A DNA stretch of 62,405 bases, filler included, from Choristocarpus tenellus KU-1152 (Eukaryota; Protista; Phaeophyceae): NCBI GenBank assembly GCA_964200185.2. It is 12 parts of 12 records of this genome, joined end to end, with 100 filler letters (N's around TTAATTAATTAA, not from the genome) between each part and the next. Parts side by side here need not be neighbours in the genome. Positions count along the whole stretch, not along the records: positions 31,266 to 40,682 come from CAXNAD020003689.1; positions 40,783 to 49,186 come from CAXNAD020004752.1; positions 49,287 to 54,476 come from CAXNAD020011565.1; 9 more parts are not named here. One strand, written 5' to 3'. The notes under the pieces are model-generated. The model worked only from the letters and a program-made list of their open reading frames with translations, was not told the origin of the DNA and made no database searches. Positions within the stretch are counted from its first letter, which is position 1. Each line of letters begins with the position of its first letter. Position numbers and translations under genes: made by a program. Below, piece by piece: positions 40,101 to 52,500 of the stretch.

Positions 40101-40531
40101 AGGATTTCTACACAAACTACATACTCCTGCTATCTCACTTCCCATCCTCATTGTCTCAAAGGAAGACCGAAATTATATGACAAACCTAACTGCAAATTTG
40201 TGGAATAACATACCCAAGCTATTTTACTACTACGTAGTATCATTAGAGAGAGCATCAAGAATAATGAAGCGCTTAGGTTGTTGGTTAAATAATAGGTTTT
40301 CGCTTCATCAAGCCTGGGAGTGCATTCACTCATTGCATGCATAGCTTGGGTACAGAGCGCACAAGATATGATACTACTCAGCATGATTCAAAAATACTGC
40401 CAATACTGGGGTCATCTACATTTGAGGGTGTATAGGAAACTTACAACAGTGGAGACCTGCGTGTAGAAAATATAGCTCACGATCAGGACCACAGTTGCAT
40501 GACGTGCATACATCCCCGAGCCTGATTCCTC
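32865..40531 (-). CDS. Multi-pass membrane protein (C-terminal TM region typical of brown-algal TRP-like/polymorphic-membrane-protein-like genes), last 7 exons
   Basis: Phase-consistent GT-AG exons 40445-40531, 39642-39774, 39337-39446, 39130-39222, 35432-35535, 34271-34334 and 32865-33134 give ...VSTV IFQTFAC...YLRADFRISC... YPIGIPALF... FLWQPYSP..YYYE VVECARRLILT... PHLDPVD..LYRT GCMVIF...KKQDD*; no internal stops; 5' part lies beyond the contig end. Confidence 0.88.
33808..34065 (+). mobile_element. MITE family 1, full length, intronic
   Basis: 258 bp; flanks GTTT/CTTT (4-bp duplication with one mismatch). Confidence 0.92.
37113..38087. repeat. Intronic ~400-bp direct duplication (37113-37520 and 37697-38087) separated by a half MITE
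   Basis: Both copies run from GTAAA..TGGAGTAC..(TA)n to GTGAGGTTAGTAAACATAGG. Confidence 0.9.
37522..37690 (+). mobile_element. MITE family 1, 3'-truncated
   Basis: Left TIR intact; homology stops after GATATTGACA. Confidence 0.88.
38892..39060 (+). mobile_element. MITE family 2, intronic
   Basis: Interior matches 11940-12124; ends ACTTTGGGTC; flanked by AGA/AGA. Confidence 0.8.
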
Positions 40532-40782
40532 CTGCGCATGGTACCCAAAGAAAGTGGGAAAGGGGTGAGCAATAGCTTGGAATGAAGCTGGGGGGGGGGG
40601 GGGGCTTCTCTTCAACCTCGCCCCCTTGAAAAGGATTTTGGGATCGGAAGAGGGTCGTGTAGGGAAAGCGGGGAGATTTCGGNNNNNNNNNNNNNNNNNN
40701 NNNNNNNNNNNNNNNNNNNNNNNNNNTTAATTAATTAANNNNNNNNNNNNNNNNNNNNNNNNNNNNNNNNNNNNNNNNNNNN

Positions 40783-42900
40783 TTTCTCCGAGTGAGCAAC
40801 CTCAACAAAATGGTCAAATAATATCTTACTCAACAAAATGGTCAAATAATATCTTACTCAACAAAATGGTCAAATAATATCTTACTCAACAAAATGGTCA
40901 AATAATATCTTACTCAACAAAATGGTCAAATAATATCTTACTAACTGAGACCTGGGGACCATTTTGTTGAGGTTGCTCACTCGGAGAAGGACATCGGCAT
41001 CCAATACCAAACGAGACTGACAATCGGGCCTCGGAGAAGGGGGGGCACGTGTTAGTGGACTTAATAGAACCAAAAGAACATCCTAGTAAGGGAAAGGGGT
41101 ACTACTATGCAATGTTCGTGGTGGATGACTACACTCTAACAAGTTTCGGGTACTACTTAAGGACCAAAAGTGATCAAACAACATCGTTTGCATTGGAGAG
41201 ATTTCTGACTAGCAGCGTATTTCCGAACCATCCCCTGGTAAAGATGGCCTAATCGTACATGCAGCTGATTGATGTCCATTGATGCATTTTTCCGGGTCAA
41301 GTGAATTCTTGGTTTGCCAGACGTTGCATCAGATGTAGGGACATTAGTAGTATCAGAGCTGTTCCTCACACCCACTCTACGCATCCCCAGGGAGAATAAT
41401 TCCTCCTCCCCCAATGATGTGAAAGTGAGATTTCTTTCCCCGTTGCCCTTAAAGGTAGATATTCTAGTGGAGTCAATAGACCGGAAACTGTGTCCATCTC
41501 GCATGCAAGCCTTGGCAGAATACAAGTTCATACCAAGGTCAGGCACCACAAGTACGTTTGTAAACACCACAGTTTCCAGTTTACCACTCAGAACACATTC
41601 CAATTGGATGTCCCCCTTGCCCACAATGTCAAGTGTTCCACCACCGCCAACTTCAACGGTTCCATCACAAGATTCCCAATTAAACATATTTTTATTGGTC
41701 GTCGTAAAATTATGTGTGGCGCCACTGTCCCAAATCCAAACCTCAACCCATGATGGCCTCTTGAAAGGAAGTGATTTTACCTTACTAGCAAGATGACTAA
41801 CTCACTTGATTGGTTACTGAACACCCCGCCAGTCTCGGTTGTACATCTCCAGATCCATCCAACTTTGGTCCGCTTCCCTTGTTCTTAGAACCATTCCCCC
41901 CCCATCAGATCCTTCTTCTTCTGGGTGTTCAAAGATTCCTGACCCCTTGACGCTCCCAATTTTCTTTGTGGACATTTGAAGCTTTGATGTCCCTTCTCAC
42001 CGCATACAAAACATGTAATACCCCCACCCCTCGTCTTCTGACTCTTGATGAGAGGACTCTTAGACCGAAAGTGAGGTCTACCACATTCCCAGCAGCTGAG
42101 TTGTCCACCATTTCGTCTGGATTGTCGTCTAGCCACCAGTGCGCCAGCTCTCACCCCCACTCAGTCCGATCCTCTTTGGATGGAGCGCGGTCTATAACTT
42201 TTTAAGACTAATCTTTCAAACATATTCCTTCCTTCCACCGATTCTTCATCATCAATCTGTGACATGATGTCCAGATATTCCTCGCCGAGTGAATTTTGAA
42301 GCCACCCCACTCCATCTTCCTCCGTAACGGTACCCCCCAAGCTCTTCAACTCCTAACTCCATTATGAGAGGCTCCTGCCGGTTAATAATATTCGCAGGAT
42401 CTCCTCCAGGTTCTAGTACCATGTCCATAAGTTGTCTTTTCACCAGATTTCTCTCAGTCTGGCCTGAATGGGCATAGTTCTTCACCAGTGCGGCAAACGC
42501 CTCACTCGGTGACTTGTACGTCAGTACCATGTCCAACACTGTGGTCCTTCCGTTGCCTCCTTTAGTCCATTGATAGCAAGCGTCGTCGCATGGTGCAGAT
42601 ACAGATCCACACCCGCCGGGGAATACTCCAACGACAGTACCCTTAAATTCTCTTTCATAACTATAGGCTCCCTCCCTCCATCCCGGTGAGAGAGGGTGCG
42701 TAAGGAATGTCTTACTCCACTTCCTCCATGTCCCTGGTTCCCCCTTAAACGCAGGTTATTTTGAGGAATATTTTGTTTCAGTTTCGGGGTAAATACAGGT
42801 CTAGCCCCCATGGCCATCGTATCTCTAGCCCCAGCCCTAGCCTCGCACCCTTGCCGAAGCTGATGTCCCATAATGTATCACATCCCCCTCCCAGGTCATA
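40783..42900 (-). mobile_element. Ty1/Copia retrotransposon 5' half (gag, zinc knuckles, protease, pre-integrase/integrase), decayed and rearranged
   Basis: Minus: gag PGGDP; CFVCGEKGHQSFKC; WIWDSGATHNF; NVLVVPDLGMNLYS; QLHVRLGH. The integrase continuation lies on the opposite strand at ~40935-41212. Confidence 0.92.
40801..40940. repeat. 28-bp perfect tandem repeat x5
   Basis: CTCAACAAAATGGTCAAATAATATCTTA at 40801, 40829, 40857, 40885 and 40913. Confidence 0.95.
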
Positions 42901-43860
42901 GTCAGTTAATCCATTCCGTCATCAATGGAGTTAAGACTTGAGTCGATTCGTGATCTGGGCATCATGGTTTATATTGACTCCTTCCTGGTGATAGCTAAAA
43001 TCCAAGTATAATAACTACGCAAGCATGTTTAAATAGGGTGCTGTAGCATGTTAAGCTGTCCTTGACAATCTGTTGTCTCACACAACCAGTTATATATTAT
43101 TGTCTATTAGCTTGTATCACAGTTGAGAGGAGAGTGAGATACCTGCACTAGGTGGGGCTCACCAGTCCTTACATTGAATGACTCAGAATATCAAATGACT
43201 CAACGTTTCTCTCTCTAGTACACGTCAGAAACACTCCGACTCTCTAATAGTCCGCCAATTACTTCTGGTCAAATACCCTAACCCTAAATATCCCGAATGT
43301 CCTGCATTATCTTCTGTGCTTACATAAAATAATACTTCAAATCATATTATCACAAATAGTCAAGCATAATCTTGACAAGAACTTAAAATGGAGATACGTG
43401 AAATAACATCAGTAGCTCTGCACACAAACTGTGGCGATTTACAGGAAAAAAAACAAATGGGAGGATTTTGTTTTAATAAAAATATTTAAACTGAATCAAC
43501 AACAAAAAATGGAGTGATTGGGGACATGAATGGTACTACTCAAGAAAAAAATACAACGGCCGATTCAAAAGTTTAATATTTTTTTGAAGTTTTAAAGAAA
43601 GGTAAAAAATAAATCAATTAAAGTTTAAAACAGTTTTAAAGAGGCATTCCACCCTCATTCCCCTTGCATCCTTCTCATTTTTCTACCTCATCCACCTCCT
43701 TAACATCCACCTCCTTAACCCTTTTATCCTTCTTGTTCCCCTCGCCAAATCATCGTCAACCCTAACCCTTTACATACGTCTTATCCGAGCCACGGACAAT
43801 CAACCCAGGTGACAAAAGCCTGAGAAAATATTGCATGTTAAGGTCTGCAAAGGTCTGTAA

Positions 43861-44006
43861 AGGTCGTTGTAAACGCTAACCTCGGAGGGGCCCTGGACAG
43901 CCACTTCGCCTTCCCATCTTCATCAGCCATCATCGAAGGGAGCTTCTGCATGAGGTCGCGCAGGTCAAGACCGCTCTCGGAATCAGCTCGGAAATTGCGG
44001 AGGTAT
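43861..44006 (-). other. Possible isolated coding exon, unknown gene
   Basis: GC-rich open frame YLRNFRADSESGLDLRDLMQKLPSMMADEDGKAKWLSRAPP between a GCCAG acceptor and a candidate GTTAGC donor. Confidence 0.4.
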
Positions 44007-45043
44007 CTGGCATCACACAGGCACACACACACACAGAAAATAAAATAAAATAAAATAAGATGGGTAGATGCTTCTTTTTTTTAGTAACAGAGTTGTGGCA
44101 CTATGCTTGATAGACAGCAAGAAAAAAAAAGGAAACCGTGTACTCCTATAACGTACTTATAAAAAAATAATAATAAAAAAAATAAGAAAAAAGTAATGGT
44201 TTTTTTTTTATCATCAATCCCCGAAATAAATCGTGCTAATTTTCTAATTTTGTTTGCAAGGGCGTGTGCATTGTTACTCTCATTAAAAAATGCCCTCCGC
44301 TGACGTCAATCACACCAAAACAAAAACAAAAACAAAAACGCCTAACACAATTGTAGGAAAACCCCACAAGAACGTTCAGCACTACACACACACACAACGC
44401 CTCTTATCCTTCTTGTTCAAAACCCAACAGGATTGCCTTGTTCTGGAAGGTAAGCTACCAGGACAACTCTTTGGGGGGGAGTTGCTCCACAGTGAGCATT
44501 GCCCATTTATCTTCCTTGTAATTAATGCCCCGTTTTACAGTGAATTGCTCTCCCAATTTGCCATGTATCAAGTATCAAGCATCAAGTATCAAGCATCAAG
44601 TATCAAGAGTCAAAAGTAGGAAAGAGGTACCCAGGTCTTGGACATTTTTTTGTATTTTTTAAAAAAGCCTGTTTTTTTTTATTATATATTTTGCAATTCA
44701 AACTTGTTTCTACAGAATTAAGTTCAAACTTTGACTCTTTGAGAGGGTTTATTTACCTTTCGCTTTAATTTTTCTGACACCATTCAGAAAATGTTCTATT
44801 CATATTTGTAAAAAATATACATCCAATTTTGTACTCGTTCGTCAGCGCACTAACCCTAACCCCAACCCTAACTCTAAACCTTTAAAATTAAACCCTAACC
44901 CTAACCTCTCCATTACTTTTGGCACCTAAGTTCGCTGCCCGGCAAATGCTCACGACCATTACGTCACCAACGTATCTATTTCCCTGGACAAGTCCTGTGG
45001 CTATTCTGGTCTGTAACACCTCTTGTCTGGACTGTTCAACAAT

Positions 45044-45232
45044 GGTCTATTAATGTGTCTATTAAAATTTCTATTGATTTGTCTATTACTATGTCTATTA
45101 ATGTGTCTATTAAAATTTCTATTGATTTGCCTATTACTATGTCTATTAAAGTTTCCATTGATTTGTCTATTACTATGTCTATTAATGTGTCTATTAAAAT
45201 TTCTATTGATTTGTCTATTACTATGTCTATTG
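45044..45232. repeat. Minisatellite of 12-bp CTATT-containing subunits organised in ~48-bp units
   Basis: GTCTATTAATGT GTCTATTAAAAT TTCTATTGATTT GTCTATTACTAT repeated. Confidence 0.9.
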
Positions 45233-46496
45233 CCAAAGGACATGCGTTAAGGAGATCCAGTGTCTGCTCTTATATTTAAGTAAATACTACTGACAACTAG
45301 TATTGACAAGGAAAGAAAAGGAATACACCAAAACTTCATCTATCCACTCCGGAGTATCCACTTATAAAAAAAAAGAAACATGAGAAAAAATAAATATTAT
45401 ATATTTAAAAAGAAAAGGAAACGTATTCAAGGGGTGCTTTGGCGTATTAATTAGGGTTAGGGCTACTGTAGTCATACATAATTCCATTCAAGTTCAGAAC
45501 CATAACACAAACTATTCTAATGCTACAATACTGCATTATATCACTGCAAAATGGGATGGGGCTATGCCCCATTGAGAAAGTGTATAGTTAAGACTAGTTT
45601 ATGCTCTGACTAAAAAAACAAAGAGTGTAGGTCGTAACTCTGTTGAGATACTTTCACAAAACTGACAATAAAAATATATTGAATTTATTAATGTTTCATG
45701 GCATTTAACATCCACAGTCACCCATCATATGGATTGAGGCATCACGATTGGCCTGTCTGACTCATCATCCAGTGTAACCCGATAGTACTGGTTATACCGA
45801 TTGCAATGGATGATACCGTCACATGGTGGTATAATGTATACCGTCACATGGTGGGTGGTACAAGGTATCCTCATACTACAGATTACAGTACAACCAGAAT
45901 ATGTATTAATAGTATACTTGTCTACTACAAAGTAACAATACATGCAGGGTAAAGTATACTGTGACACCCTAACCCTAACCCTAACCCTAAAAACTAACAA
46001 AAAACAAAATATTTATACGTACATACACATCAAGCGGTCCCATCTATTGTTCCAATGCACCAAAAAAGCCTCACATGGTGGTTAAAATCCTCCATCACAG
46101 TAGCGGTCAGATTCTTAGACAACACACCTGCTCTGTCATATGTCTGCAGCATCAACATGAACAGCATTGACCTCTTTCAATTCAACCAAGTCCCTAAAAA
46201 TACCGCACTATACGTAAGTGTTGCTTGGTCCAGCGGGTTGACCCGGTTGCATCACAAACAACCTTGGCACACGCCCCATTGTTGTCCTCAAAAAAAGCTT
46301 CAAATAATGCAACTCCTCGGAAACCGCGACCAAACAAACAAAGACAAAAAACACTCCGATGTAATAGCAACTCCTTGGCAGTGTGTATCACGCTGTTACA
46401 GGTGGATATGTGCTAGGTTTTCCATGAATCAAGTTTGTCGCACCTTTCACAATAGCTCTTTGGATAAATCGAACAGACTAAGGAGGTGCTTCACAG

Positions 46497-46586
46497 GATT
46501 AGAGTTAGGATTAGAGTTAGGATTAGAGTTAGAGTTAGAGTTAGGATTAGAGTTAGGATTAGAGTTAGGGTTAGGGTTTGGGTTAG
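46497..46586. repeat. Interstitial telomere-variant array (TTAGAG/TTAGGA/TTAGGG)
   Basis: Hexamer array; shorter CCCTAA/TTAGGG runs also near 35935, 44850, 45966, 48474, 49438 and 54229. Confidence 0.85.
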
Positions 46587-47836
46587 ACACCTCCCTAGTC
46601 CTTCCATTCCATAAAAAAAAGTACATCAAACGCCTTCGGTGTAGAACAGAAGGTATACAACATTGCTAGTCCCACCAACAGGGTGTGTTCTCACTCGTCA
46701 TGGAGGACAAAACTACAAACATGCTCCAAGTCTTTGACACCAAAGATGCCGCCCATCCAGACATTTTTAGGAAATTATGGCCCCTCCAGCCACATACTTA
46801 AAGCACTTACTATCGGAGTCTCCAGCATTGATACCATCTGCATATGCCACTAAGGACACACTCCTTACCAATAACCCCAACACCTGGACTATCTTGTCCG
46901 CAATCCCAGAATCCATTGCCATCAATTATGCATCCCAAACAATCAAACTCGGTGGCGAAAGTGCCCTGGGGGGTCTGACTTCCTTTGGTGAAATCTTGAC
47001 AGAGAGGGACTATCTTTGGTGGAGTATTAAAGCATTAACTTCTTTTCATCTGATTTACCACAAGCAGATAAAACATGGTTAGAAACGCATAATCTCCACC
47101 AGAGGTGTAATTAATATGGATGAACTATTGTCCAACCAGAACCTTTCACCATCACAGTCAATAGTCAATCAGGTTAGACAATCAGACACAGCAGGGTATC
47201 ACAAGACAGGCAACACAATACTACAGACGACGATACTGGGTGGGTTGAGTGGTGACTAACTACACAGTCACTACCAAGCACTACCCACAGTAACATGGGA
47301 AGGGAGGAAAGGAGGGAGAAAGGAAGGAAGGGAGGGAGGACAAGTGCAGTCATAGAAAAGATGTTGACCAATCAGATTCTTGGGTTTGCATAACGAACCC
47401 TGAAGACCATATAGGGTCAGATGGGACCCTTGGCGTATAGACTAATTGGGAGCATGAGGTAGGCGGGGCCTTAGCCCTAACCCTTTGTATCTCCGCTGTA
47501 AGAGAGACTAGTTGGGAGTGAGGACTTCCACAACACACCAGCATGTGCATGACATGGATGTACCTCCAAAAGGAAAAATAAATAAATAATTACTGTGACA
47601 ATAAAGGACGTGCCAACTGAGAATGTTGCATTAGGAAGGCGGTAAGTCCGTCTGTTCAAATAGATGAGAGATAAGACAGGGGTCTTTACCGGGTTCGATA
47701 AGCACCCAAGGGAGGAAGGAGCAACAGTGAGAACGATGAAGTAGATTCAACTTGTCCTTGTACGGTGTTGTTGAGGGTTAGGGTTAGCCAAGAACGATAG
47801 GATTAGACAAGTTTTTTTATTTTTGCAATGAACAAC

Positions 47837-48002
47837 AGAGAGTGCAGTAGAGAGTACAATAGAGGGTACAGTAGAGAGTACAATAGAGAGTGCAGTAGAG
47901 AGTACAATAGAGGGTACAATAAAGAGTACAATAGAGAGTACAATAGAGAGTACAATAGAGGGTACAATAGAGAGTACAATAGAGGGTACAGTAGAGAGTA
48001 CA
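47837..48002. repeat. 12-bp minisatellite (AGAGTACAATAG) x~14
   Basis: Direct tandem repeat. Confidence 0.92.
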
Positions 48003-48109
48003 TGTACAGGTTTACCCCACAACCCATGTCAGTTGGCAACATTTGTCTCCTGTCAAGGAAATCTCATCACTGATCAAGGGAGTCGTAGCGAATGCTTGAC
48101 TTTGATATT

Positions 48110-48197
48110 CAAACTAGACCTTGTAGCTCAAGCTAGACCTTGTAGCTCAAGCTAGACCTTGTAGCTCAAACTAGAGCTTGTAGCTCAAGCTAGACCA
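48110..48197. repeat. 19-bp minisatellite (CAAGCTAGACCTTGTAGCT) x~4.5
   Basis: Direct tandem repeat. Confidence 0.88.
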
Positions 48198-49085
48198 AGG
48201 AAGAACACATACATGATGCAACAACTGCAACTGTTGCTCTCTCAGTCCTGTTCTACCTCTTCCTCTCCTCCTTTCCTCTTGGTCCTCAGGTATTAGGTCC
48301 GACACGAAATGAAGTATGTATTCATCTAGTCACTAACCACACACATAATGCATACGTCATCCCTGATGGGGAGGGGGGCTCCCTACCAAAATTTAGCAGG
48401 TTGACACCACATCTCCGCTGAGAGGCCATGTGAACCCTAACCATATGATTTCCGCACATAGTAGTAGTAGTTGCTAACCCTAACCCTAATAATGGTGTAT
48501 CCCAAGTCATTCACCTCAACGATGCCATCGACATCATTCAAATAATCTTGGAAAGTCCATGCTACAGGGCATAGGAGAAGAGTAGGGAATAAAGCTAGAG
48601 AGTGCACCTTGCCCCCATCAGAAAACATTCGGGGTGTGCCTTAAGGGCATTAAGCATCGTGACCCAGTGTACCCAAGTCCACCTAAGTTTGAGAAAAGAG
48701 CCCGTTCTGTATTACTCCTCTTTACCCTACCAGGATCAAGCAAATCCGATCATATGCGGTAAGGGAAACAATACACCATGATCTTTATTGACAATACACC
48801 ATGATCTTTATTGACCATACAAATCGATTCTTACAGCTCTTTTCTCCTTGCTTGTAAGAATGAGGCAGTGTCAAGACCAGAACATTGGCAGGCGTAGGAC
48901 TGAGACCATACCGACTGAGACCATACGCAGGGGAAGTATTGTGATGTAATATAAATTCAACACGGTCCTGGAAAGGAATCTCTGATTCAAAAACACAACA
49001 CCCACCCTTTAAGTTCCACCTTGCTCCATTGACTGGATTATTGGAAAGTCAAGACATACACACATCCTTCCCAGAGCAGGCCCAG

Positions 49086-49137
<52 letters not shown>

Positions 49138-49503
49138 ATCAACTCCACCCCAAAAAACAAACACACACACAAAACAAAAAAAAAAANNNNNNNNNNNNNN
49201 NNNNNNNNNNNNNNNNNNNNNNNNNNNNNNTTAATTAATTAANNNNNNNNNNNNNNNNNNNNNNNNNNNNNNNNNNNNNNNNNNNNTTTCCATTTGGATT
49301 TTACTTTCACCGACGCCACCCCCCCTCCCTATTATGCAGGGCCCCCCCCCCCCCCCCCCCCCCACACACACTCCTTTTTGAGTCTAGCGTTTCACACACA
49401 ATACCTCACAGAGATTGCCCCTGCTACTACATCCTAGACCCTAACCCTAACCCTCCCCATATGAAAATGATAATGAAAATAATATTAACAAAAACCAACA
49501 CAG

Positions 49504-52500
49504 ATTCTGCCTTGGGGACGGCTTGGCTCAGCTAGTGCTTTGTCAAGATGGTAAGATGTGTGTGGACCTCAATGCCATGGCCAGTGGGGTAGGTCCACCA
49601 GAAGTTGTTTCACCCTTGTCATGGACAATTGCCGGTGGAGACATCATTTTCATGGCCTTGTCTTCCGTTGGTGAGTGCTTTTGGATACCTGAGCAGGCCA
49701 TGCATGTATCACAGAGATCACTGAAGCAACCGTGGATGTATCACCCTAATGATTTGATGTGGTGGGACCTATTCAATAAGATGTAAGTTGACATGAGACA
49801 CTACTAGTGCTTTTTCAATACTGCATGGAATTAATTAATTTGAAAGGGTTTTTTGGAGTACCTAGTGAAACATCTGGGAATGCTTTGATGTGGTGTTATT
49901 TTTTTATTGAATGGGGTGTGCGTGCTGCGCTGTGCAATGGTAAGAGATGTACGGTGTGAGACGCACGAGTTTTGCGAGGAAGTTTGAAGTGGATTGTGAA
50001 GGAGGCGTGTTGTTATGAGAAGTATCATGCTTGTCATTGAAATGATTCGCTCACTATCATTCTTGTCAATCATCTTTGTTGTTCAGTTGAACACATTGAC
50101 TGGATGGAATGATGTTACTATTCCCAACACCATATTCTACGTACTCCTAGTGATAGTCCATTTTATCTCTTGGCTCCAACTACCATTGGACCATCAGACT
50201 GGTAGAATAATTGTTTGATCATAGATGATGTTTGTAACAGTTACAGCATGTCCTGCGCACCGGCCATTATGACCTTGCTACTACACCATAGAAGGCGTTG
50301 TTATGCATGCTATGTCAGAACTACCTGTCAATTTGAACAGTTTTGGTTGCTGAAACTGTGAGGCGAAGAGACTAGCCTATTCTCACCTACTGCAGACATT
50401 GCACACAATCCTATTCTCACATCAATGATGTACTGCTTTTAACTGATACTGCTTGTTGGTGGGTACAGGCTACCTCATCCTTTGCTTGGCCTTGGAGCAC
50501 GCCTCCTCATCCGTGAAACTCCTGCATGTCTTTACCAGAGATCCAAGCGTTCCTAATGCACCCAACAGTCAAAGATCAGTAATGAGCAATGATGATTATG
50601 ATGTTAGAGTCGAAGCTGAGAGAGTCACTAGGATAATGGAGGGTGCAAAGGCAGGGGATGGTGCTATGGACCTTGGTGGCAGGGAGGAAGATGTTGTTGT
50701 TCTCAATGGTTTACGGAAGGTTTACCGTACACCGGAGGTGACTGAATGCTCCTAGAGTGCATGTGGTTGAGAGGATGTGGTTGGTGTACAACTGGGAGTT
50801 TAGTTGGAGGTTGGGGTTGTTGTTCCGCATGTATTTTGGTCCAAGGTACACCTTATTTTATTCGTTTTTTGTAATGTGTAGTATCTAAGAAGTGAATGAT
50901 GGCAAGATCCTTTGTGCTAATTGTACTACTACTACTATTATTATTATTGTTGTTTTTGTAAGGTTGAGGGTTAGGGCAGGCAATTAATGCTATGTTTCAA
51001 ATTACCTATATACCTTTGACAGTCTCCCTATCTATGACAAAGATAGAAGATATCCATCCTACTATCTTGTGTGTGTGTGTTTTGTTTTTTTTTCAATGCA
51101 GTATCTTCTTCTACATCGATATGTTGCTTCTAATTATTTTACAGATGTGTGACTGTCACATTTTTTTTTCAAGGGCGTTAACAGTGGTGCTTGTACTGTG
51201 GTGCACAATCTGTATCTTTCGATTTCTAGAAATATCACAGGGTTAGGGTCGAAGTTGTTGGATTTACAACTTCATTCTCTTTAATAAATTCTTCTTTTTT
51301 TTAATTGTGAGGTACGATAACTGTTAAAATCAAACAACTCTTTAATAATTTTATAGCGGTGTTGATGTTTGTTCCGACATTATTATTTTAATTATATTTA
51401 TTATATTATTATTTTAATTATATTTATTATATTATTATTTTAATTATATTTATTATATTATTATTTTAAAGCTCTTGGACTGCCTGGCATAGCTTTGGGG
51501 TGTGATGGTTTTGAGAACGATTATTGGAATACCTCGCCTTCCGCGGAATTTCGACTTTTGATTGTCCTGAGTTGGCAATGATCTCTATGGCTTGCCTCTT
51601 TATAGCAATGTGAAGGCCGCATGATACTTGGTGATGGTGATGCGCAGCTTGTTGATTTGATGCCCAGTGCTTACTTGTCCTTTTATGCCTAGTGCATGCA
51701 CTCGTGATGACATTCCTCTTCTCTCCATTGCGTGGCAGGGTCCCAAAGTAGCTGTGCATGGCTTGAGCTTTGGCATCAGTCAGGGTGACTGTTTCGGTTT
51801 CTTGGGTATTAATGGGGCAGGTAAGTCCCTGTAAATATTTGGTAGATACCAGTTATCATTGTGTATGTTAAGATTATTTCTGTACGGAGGACTGGACGAC
51901 TCTCTCACTCTATCTAATCTTATGTCCTGTAATTTTGATGTTATAGGATCTTTTAAAAATGTGATGTCATTCCATGCCATGGAGATAGTTTACTCAATGG
52001 CTTTCAAGACCTGTCCACTACCACTACCTCTGGTATCACACCATTGGAGACAACTTGTGTGAGACCATAACCTACCCATGATATGCTTGATCATGCATTG
52101 CATGGGGTATGGAAATATATCAGTAAAGAGACTTTAATAACCCCAACTCTAATTCTACCTCTAAGGAGGTTTTCTTTGGACCATAGAGTTATGTCTCTAG
52201 TTTTTTTGTGGTAAAATTGTATTGATTCCGATGATGTGCTCTACTTGCTTTTTTTTCCAGGGAAGAGTTCTACATTGAGCATTCTATCCGGAGAAATCGC
52301 TCCTACATCTGGAGAGGCCACCATTGCTGGATACAACATTCTTACTCAGCAGGTTTGCTATTGTACACTTACTACATTGTATAGTTCACTTAATATATAT
52401 TGTAGAATACACTTACTATATTGTAGAATTCACTTACTACATTTTATCATTTACTTACTATATTGCAGAATACACTTACTATAATGTAGAATTCACTTAC

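Noticed and set aside
40801-40940. 28-bp repeats as a CRISPR array
   Set aside because: Head-to-tail with no spacers, derived from the adjacent Copia sequence, eukaryotic context, no cas genes
41157-41205. CKRCC on minus as the CxxC of the integrase HHCC finger
   Set aside because: Spacing from the His pair is too short; this stretch is the antisense of the inverted integrase core, and the real C*GC is at 40965-40976 on plus
45001-45279. Repetitive ORFs (RHINR/LLIC/IDIV) as proteins
   Set aside because: By-products of a 12-bp minisatellite; the same applies to 14073-14416, 47747-48073 and 52236-52924
49086-49137. Poly-proline ORFs (also 18915-18960, 54325-54415)
   Set aside because: G/C homopolymers at low-quality contig ends
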